Position numbers and translations under genes: made by a program. A stretch of 63,676 nucleotides of DNA, filler included, from Folioceros fuciformis (taxonomy: Eukaryota): assembly GCA_049999805.1 (NCBI GenBank). It is 9 parts of 9 records of this genome, joined end to end, with 100 filler letters (N's around TTAATTAATTAA, not from the genome) between each part and the next. Parts side by side here need not be neighbours in the genome. Positions count along the whole stretch, not along the records: positions 52,121 to 60,266 come from JBNGIO010003697.1; positions 60,367 to 62,173 come from JBNGIO010003699.1; positions 62,274 to 63,676 come from JBNGIO010003715.1; 6 more parts are not named here. One strand, given 5' to 3'. How positions within the stretch are numbered: position 1 is the first letter of the stretch; every line of letters starts with the position of its first letter. The notes beneath the pieces are model-generated. The model saw only the letters and a program-made list of their open reading frames with translations. It did not search any database and had not been told where the DNA came from. Of the stretch, positions 58,078 to 63,676 are shown in pieces.

Positions 58078-60266
58078 CTACAGACAAGTGTTGAGCGAGT
58101 CCCTGAGTCGCTGTGTGGCCACCATGACATCTGGCTGGTCGAACAGCTCGGACACCACTGCCACTCCTCCTAGGGAAGGAATACGATCCTTCATCACCTC
58201 CAAGGCGTTGTGGGCTTTGATTCCTCCTATGGCAACCACTGGAACAGGACTGTGTCTACACACCTCCCTCAGACCATCAAGGCCGATGGTGAGGTTTCCC
58301 TTCTTGGTGTTAGTGGGGTAGACACCACCAGAGCCCACGTAATCGGCCCCTTCCTCCCAAGCTCGCCTTGCTTGCTCGGGAGTTTTGCAGGACACACCGA
58401 TTATCTTACTGACGCCCAATAAAGACCGAGCACGGGAAGCAGGCATATCAGACTGCCCGAGATGAACACCATCCGCGTCACAGGCCAGAGCTATGTCAAC
58501 ACGATCGTTGATGACCAAGGGCACGCCATGCTCTCGAGCCACCTTAACACATGCTTCTGCATCCTGCATTTAGAGTTACCACAACCCAAGTCAGTTTCTT
58601 TATCGATGTGATCAAACTGGAGGAAATGCTTCTGACGCACTCAGAATGAGAAGTGTACTCACTGCAAGAAACTGCCCTGTGTCTGACTCCTTTTCTCTGC
58701 ACGAAAGAATTTTCAAACCGACGTCAGCTGCTGCCATTTCCAGCCGGTCGACACGAATGCAAGGACTGAGTCATATGGGAGGCAGCTGACCTGATCTGAA
58801 GGAATGTGGCTCCCCCCTTGATAGCGGCTAGAACTGCTTCTGGAGTGGAACGGTCCCAGCGTTTGTTCATGCCAGGATCTGTGATGGCATAGAGGAGAAG
58901 ATCCTCACCCTTGAACCTCTCCCTTGGAGAACTCTCTTGCCATGTGGATAGCATAAAAAGATGATTCATAGGCCCTTGCACACCCTGGCCGATCTGTAGC
59001 TTTGCACTATGCTGAAGTGCCTGGCCAACATACTGCTTTGCATCCTGCAAGTCCACAAATCCTTGTTGGCGTGTGCAAATTGCTCGTCACTTGCTCTCCC
59101 ACATGTTGGCAAGGTCACATATACTTGCATGACGAAGTTTGTTGTAGATTCACCTTCACAGCTTTCAGCATAGGAGACCCTTTAGCAATCTCAGCAGCGA
59201 TGGAAGACGCCAACGTGCAACCAGTGCCATGTGTGTTGCGAGTTACAATTCGTGGCCCGTGAAGCTCGTGCCATTCATGTCCTGCAGAGAAGGGAGTGGT
59301 CATTGAACAAATACGAGTCCTACACGGTGATCGAGAGAACCGTGCTTCCGAATAGGGAGAGTTGTTACCATCAAAGAGGATATCCACCACATCGCCGGAA
59401 CCAGGCAGATGTCCACCTTTGATAAGCACACAACTGCAGTGAAAGGCAGCCATATTATTCGAGTGTGGAGCAGCCTACATGACACGAACGCTGGGGATGA
59501 GGCTAGCACATCGCGTCATGGGGAATGAGATTCCAACTTCGACTGTATTGCTCACTCACCGTGGTCCCATCTGGTGGATTGACACAGCTGCTTCCCGCAT
59601 ATCATCTAAGGTGGTAATTGCTTTGCCATTCAGAAGACTTGAAGCCTCTACTACATTCGGTGTCACCAGATCTGCTATGGGAAACAGTACATCTCTGCAA
59701 CATAATGAAAATTAAGGATTTAGATGAGTCTTGAAGAAGGCATGCGTTAGGTGGACTAGCTTCAAGAATCTCAAAAACCAACTCAGATCTGCCCTTGAGG
59801 ACTGGGTACCGAAACGATTGCAGAACATCAGACTCTGCCAGTGAGTCGCCACTGGTTGCAACCAGAACTGGATCCACTACGAGAGCTGCCCAATAGCAAC
59901 AACCCAAGCCACAGAGGATACGGTGAGTCAACTACTACACATCCAGTGTCATCACTTCAAAACCCGAGCCATTCCACTACGCATACCTCCGAAATGACTC
60001 GCCTTCAACCCGGCAACAACGCCCCGAATCACACTAGCTGACGCCAACATGCCAGTTTTCACCTGCACAGGAAGACAAAAAGGCGAACCACAACGTCGAT
60101 CTCCCTCCCCCTGCTCCTCCAGTACAAAAAAATAAACAGCAGTTTCCCACGCACAAGCTCTCCGAGGTAAGTTCCGTTACCACGTCCGCACCAATGTCCG
60201 ACAGAACCGACTTGATCTGCGCCTCCACAAATTCTGCAGGAACAGCATGAATTCCCTGCACGGCGT
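58078..60266 (-). CDS. TH1: Bifunctional HMP-P kinase / thiamine-phosphate synthase (ThiD-ThiE); 5' end cut by scaffold edge
   Basis: [41 protein letters not shown] (ThiD); [39 protein letters not shown] (ThiE); multiple short introns. Confidence 0.95.
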
Positions 60267-60366
60267 NNNNNNNNNNNNNNNNNNNNNNNNNNNNNNNNNN
60301 NNNNNNNNNNTTAATTAATTAANNNNNNNNNNNNNNNNNNNNNNNNNNNNNNNNNNNNNNNNNNNN

Positions 60367-60487
60367 AGCAAGGAACCCCATCGCTCCTTCGTGGGAACGA
60401 AACCCAATGTCTCAACGACAGTGGGATAAGTGTGGCCACTAAAGGTGGAACCCGTTGGCAATCAATGCCTGGGGTTTTGCCTCCACA
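60367..60487. mobile_element. LTR terminus (family of 43528-44694)
   Basis: Near-identical to 44575-44694. Confidence 0.85.
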
Positions 60488-60847
60488 TGAGGTGAGCAAT
60501 TCCTTCCATTTCTTGCTTACTGAGCAAAGTCAAGCCTGCGCCCATTGTTTAAAACTGGCATGTGAGGTGAGCAAGTCCTTCCATTTCTTGCTTACTGAGC
60601 AAAGTCAAGCCTGCGCCCATTGNNNNNNNNNNNNNNNNNNNNNNNNNNNNNNNNNNNNNNNNNNNNNNNNNNNNNNNNNNNNNNNNNNNNNNNNNNNNNN
60701 NNNNNNNNNNNNNNNNNNNNNNTGAGGTGAGCAATTCCTTCCATTTCTTGCTTACTGAGCAAAGTCAAGCCTGCGCCCATTGTTTAAAACTGGCATGTGA
60801 GGTGAGCAATTCCTTCCATTTCTTGCTTACTGAGCAAAGTCAAGCCC
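60488..60847. repeat. 75-bp tandem repeat, at least 4 copies across an N gap
   Basis: TGAGGTGAGCAA.TCCTTCC at 60488, 60563, 60723 and 60798. Confidence 0.92.
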
Positions 60848-61910
60848 TATTGGCAATCGATGTGCGTGGAAAAATCTCGCACTCCAAAAGCCTAAATCTT
60901 GAGGTGTTCAGTCTACCCCACACCTTAGGGTCCATGGTAGGATAAGCCTCCACCACAGGGACCTCCATGAGAAAAAAGAAAAAACACAACTCTTGTGAGC
61001 AACTATCACAATGGGCATATGATGGGGCTTGAGGCTGATTGGGCCCAATGACGAAAGTGAATTGTGATACCTCATTCCAAGATGCTGCCCCAGTTGACCT
61101 CAACTCATCCTCCATGTTCATGCACCTTAGGTTGTAGTCACAATGTGTACATGCATGAAGGGTACTTTTACATGAATTTTGTTGCTTAAATCAAAGGGAG
61201 AAGATATCTCTTGAATTGAAGGAACAAGATGATCTCTCAAATCAAAGGGATCTCTTAATGTTGATACACACAATGCACATGTATAGTTAGTTCATGTGAA
61301 AGATCTTGGTAGGATAATATTCATATTATAAATTTATTACTTCTTCAGTTCTACCACATAAATTATTTTTTATATGGGTTTAACAGGAAAAAAATGATAT
61401 TATTTCAAAATGGTATTAATCCACACCAAAATTTGTGCCAAAAAATAAGCGTTTATAAATTTAACACCAAGAGAATAATCTAAAGATTTGTTAGTGATAC
61501 ATGTATATTATGCAAGATACATGTATATTGCATGTTACTCTCGAGCAAACTCTACAAAGGTTTTAAGTTTAGTCCATATTTTAATATATTGTTGATGTAA
61601 AATACCTTATAATGGTCTTTAGATTTTTTGTTTCTCGATATAAGGTTTTATAGAAGTGATATGGAGTAAACTTAAGTAATCTAGTAAAATACTTACCTAA
61701 GAAGTACCTAAAGAACTTTGTCTAGGCTCGTTCACAAATGTGTCTTTACAAGCCCTATCTCCATCACTATGTGAAAAATGGGCACCCTATCCTTTTATGA
61801 CCTCATTACTATGCACTTCAATTGATGTGGAAGTGGAAACCAATCAATGGCTTCAAGGAGGAGCCTTATCCAAAGGGCTTGAACAAATGAACCCAAATAG
61901 GTCCACAAGA

Positions 61911-62014
61911 CATGAAGTATTTCATTTGCTCTATATTTTGAAGGCACACAAGCTTAAAATCCATGAAGTATTTCATTTGCTATATATTTTGAAGGCACAC
62001 AAGCTTAAAATCCA
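61911..62014. repeat. 51-bp tandem duplication
   Basis: CATGAAGTATTTCATTTGCT at 61911 and 61962. Confidence 0.9.
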
Positions 62015-62273
62015 TTAATCAAAGTAGAAGCATTTGTTTAATGCCAAAGATCTTAGGTACTATAACTAAGTACCTACTACCCTTCATTTAGTTGTTCTTC
62101 ATTGGATTGAGATGGATGGTTTTTTCATCCTGTTTGCTAAAATACAGTCTCTTTTACATATTTCTCTTTTGAANNNNNNNNNNNNNNNNNNNNNNNNNNN
62201 NNNNNNNNNNNNNNNNNTTAATTAATTAANNNNNNNNNNNNNNNNNNNNNNNNNNNNNNNNNNNNNNNNNNNN

Positions 62274-62669
62274 GGAAGTGTAGAAGGTAGTGGTGTTGTT
62301 GTTGGTTGCTGGTGTTGGTGTTGGAGCGAGAGAGTGAGTGAGTGAGTGAGGGAAGTCGCAGATCTAAGAGGTCAGGGTCATTGTAGTGACTGGAGTGAGT
62401 TTGTAGGCACTAAGAGAGGTGCAGTTGACCGCTGGACAGCGAGACCTGTCCTATGCCTGATTGGAGCTAGAGGGGAGCCCTCGAATCCATCATCGAGTCA
62501 ATTGAGTCCGACCCTCCATCCACAGCAGNNNNNNNNNNNNNNNNNNNNNNNNNNNNNNNNNNNNNNNNNNNNNNNNNNNNNNNNNNNNNNNNNNNNNNNN
62601 NNNNNNNNNNNNNNNNNNNNNNNNNNNNGGAACCCGTCGGCAATCAGTGCCCGGGGTTTTGCCTCCACA
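62274..62669. mobile_element. LTR 3' part (family of 43528-44694) inserted into a Copia integrase
   Basis: Aligns to about 44310-44694 and ends GCCTCCACA. Confidence 0.85.
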
Positions 62670-63500
62670 ATAGGGGAAGCTACATTGTTTAGCATATATA
62701 CAAGGTTCACATAACTGTGGAGTCTGTGAAAAGTGTGGTAGCTTATCCCTAAATAAATCCTGCCTAGACATCTCTAAAAGCTTATTATGATTAATATGTC
62801 CAAGTTGAGAATGCCATAATAGGGAGTCACCTTTGCAAGAACTCCCTCTAACGACCGCAATGGCCATTGCGGGAGCTGTGGTCGAGGAGTCTGTGATCAC
62901 TGGTACGGTGAAGAAGACATAGAGGTCATGCCGCGAACGACGTCTAGCAACCACACGACCAGGAGCAACAAATCTTGCGAGGAGACAATCGCCTCTGTTG
63001 AACTCTAGCCTGAAAGTACCATCCTTCACCAAGTGTCGGACGGAGATGAGATTCTTCGCCATTTGCGGAACATGGAGCACATCACTTAAAAGAAGGACAA
63101 AACCATCTTCAAGAGTAAAAGTAATAGTGCCAGTGCTCGCAATAGTAAGGCCGGAGTCATCGCTGAGAAGAACAAAACGTTGATCTTCGGTAGGGAGATA
63201 ATCAAAGAACATATGGTGATGACAGTAGATATGTGCTGAGGCAGCTGAGTCCAATGGCTAAGAGGTCTTATATTCGAAAGCTACCAAGCAGGCTGTGAGA
63301 GCAATGTTGGCCTGCTTATGCTTGGAGGTAGAGGCCATATTGGCAGACTTGGAAGGGCGTCGAGGCTCACCAGCTTTCCTCTTGCGGCAGTCAGGCTCCA
63401 AGTGGCCTGGAATCTGGCACTAGTTGCAAGTACCAAGCTTGCGGCTAGAACCACCAGGCTTGGAGAAGGAAGGGCCACGAGAAGGAGCCAAAGAAGTGAA
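62670..63500 (-). mobile_element. Ty1/Copia fragment (gag zinc knuckle, protease, GAG-pre-integrase)
   Basis: C..CQIPGHLEPDC, DSAASAHI, VLHVPQMAKNLISV, LWHSQLGHIN, CEPCIYAKQ. Confidence 0.85.
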
Positions 63501-63676
63501 AGGATCATTAGAGGAGCATGGTGAAGGAGAGGAGAGAAGAAGGGAGGAGGAGAGGAGAGGAGAAAGAGAGGTCTCACAGTGTCTCTCACAGCTCTATTGC
63601 AAAGGGAGCTCAAGAGGGTATTTATACCCTCTAGAAAAGCTCCCAAGGAAGCTTCACAAGAAGCTCACAGGAAGCT

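Noticed and set aside
57960-60266. TPP riboswitch near TH1
   Set aside because: No CTGAGA...GGGAA aptamer core seen; plant TPP riboswitches are known from THIC and THI1, not TH1.
60840-61121. CxxC-containing ORF as a possible transposase zinc finger
   Set aside because: One CxxC only, with no further transposase motifs.

Overview
Eukaryotic plant nuclear DNA from a draft assembly. The host is probably a compact-genome, non-seed land plant with flagellated sperm, such as a hornwort or lycophyte; this is inferred from short introns and a SPAG1-like dynein-assembly gene. The window is not one locus: at least nine unplaced scaffolds are joined by artificial N-TTAATTAATTAA-N linkers, so adjacency across linkers means nothing. 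Host genes are a UIEF1-like mRNA export factor, serine racemase plus a decayed partial duplicate, two paralogous acidic orphan ORFs, a SPAG1/RPAP3-like TPR co-chaperone, a C-terminal SUN protein, a WD40 protein, an unrecognised Cys-repeat protein, a Tim17-family protein and thiamine enzyme TH1. The rest is mostly nested retrotransposons: several Ty1/Copia (one full length, with 147-bp LTRs and a 5-bp TSD), solo and partial LTRs, and two remnants of CRE-type restriction-endonuclease non-LTR elements. The main finding is a decayed Ty3/Gypsy pol with a C5 cytosine DNA methyltransferase domain directly upstream of its reverse transcriptase (29954-31744). A Gypsy integrase tail ending in a PHD finger lies on another scaffold, hinting at a retrotransposon with its own methylation writer and chromatin reader.
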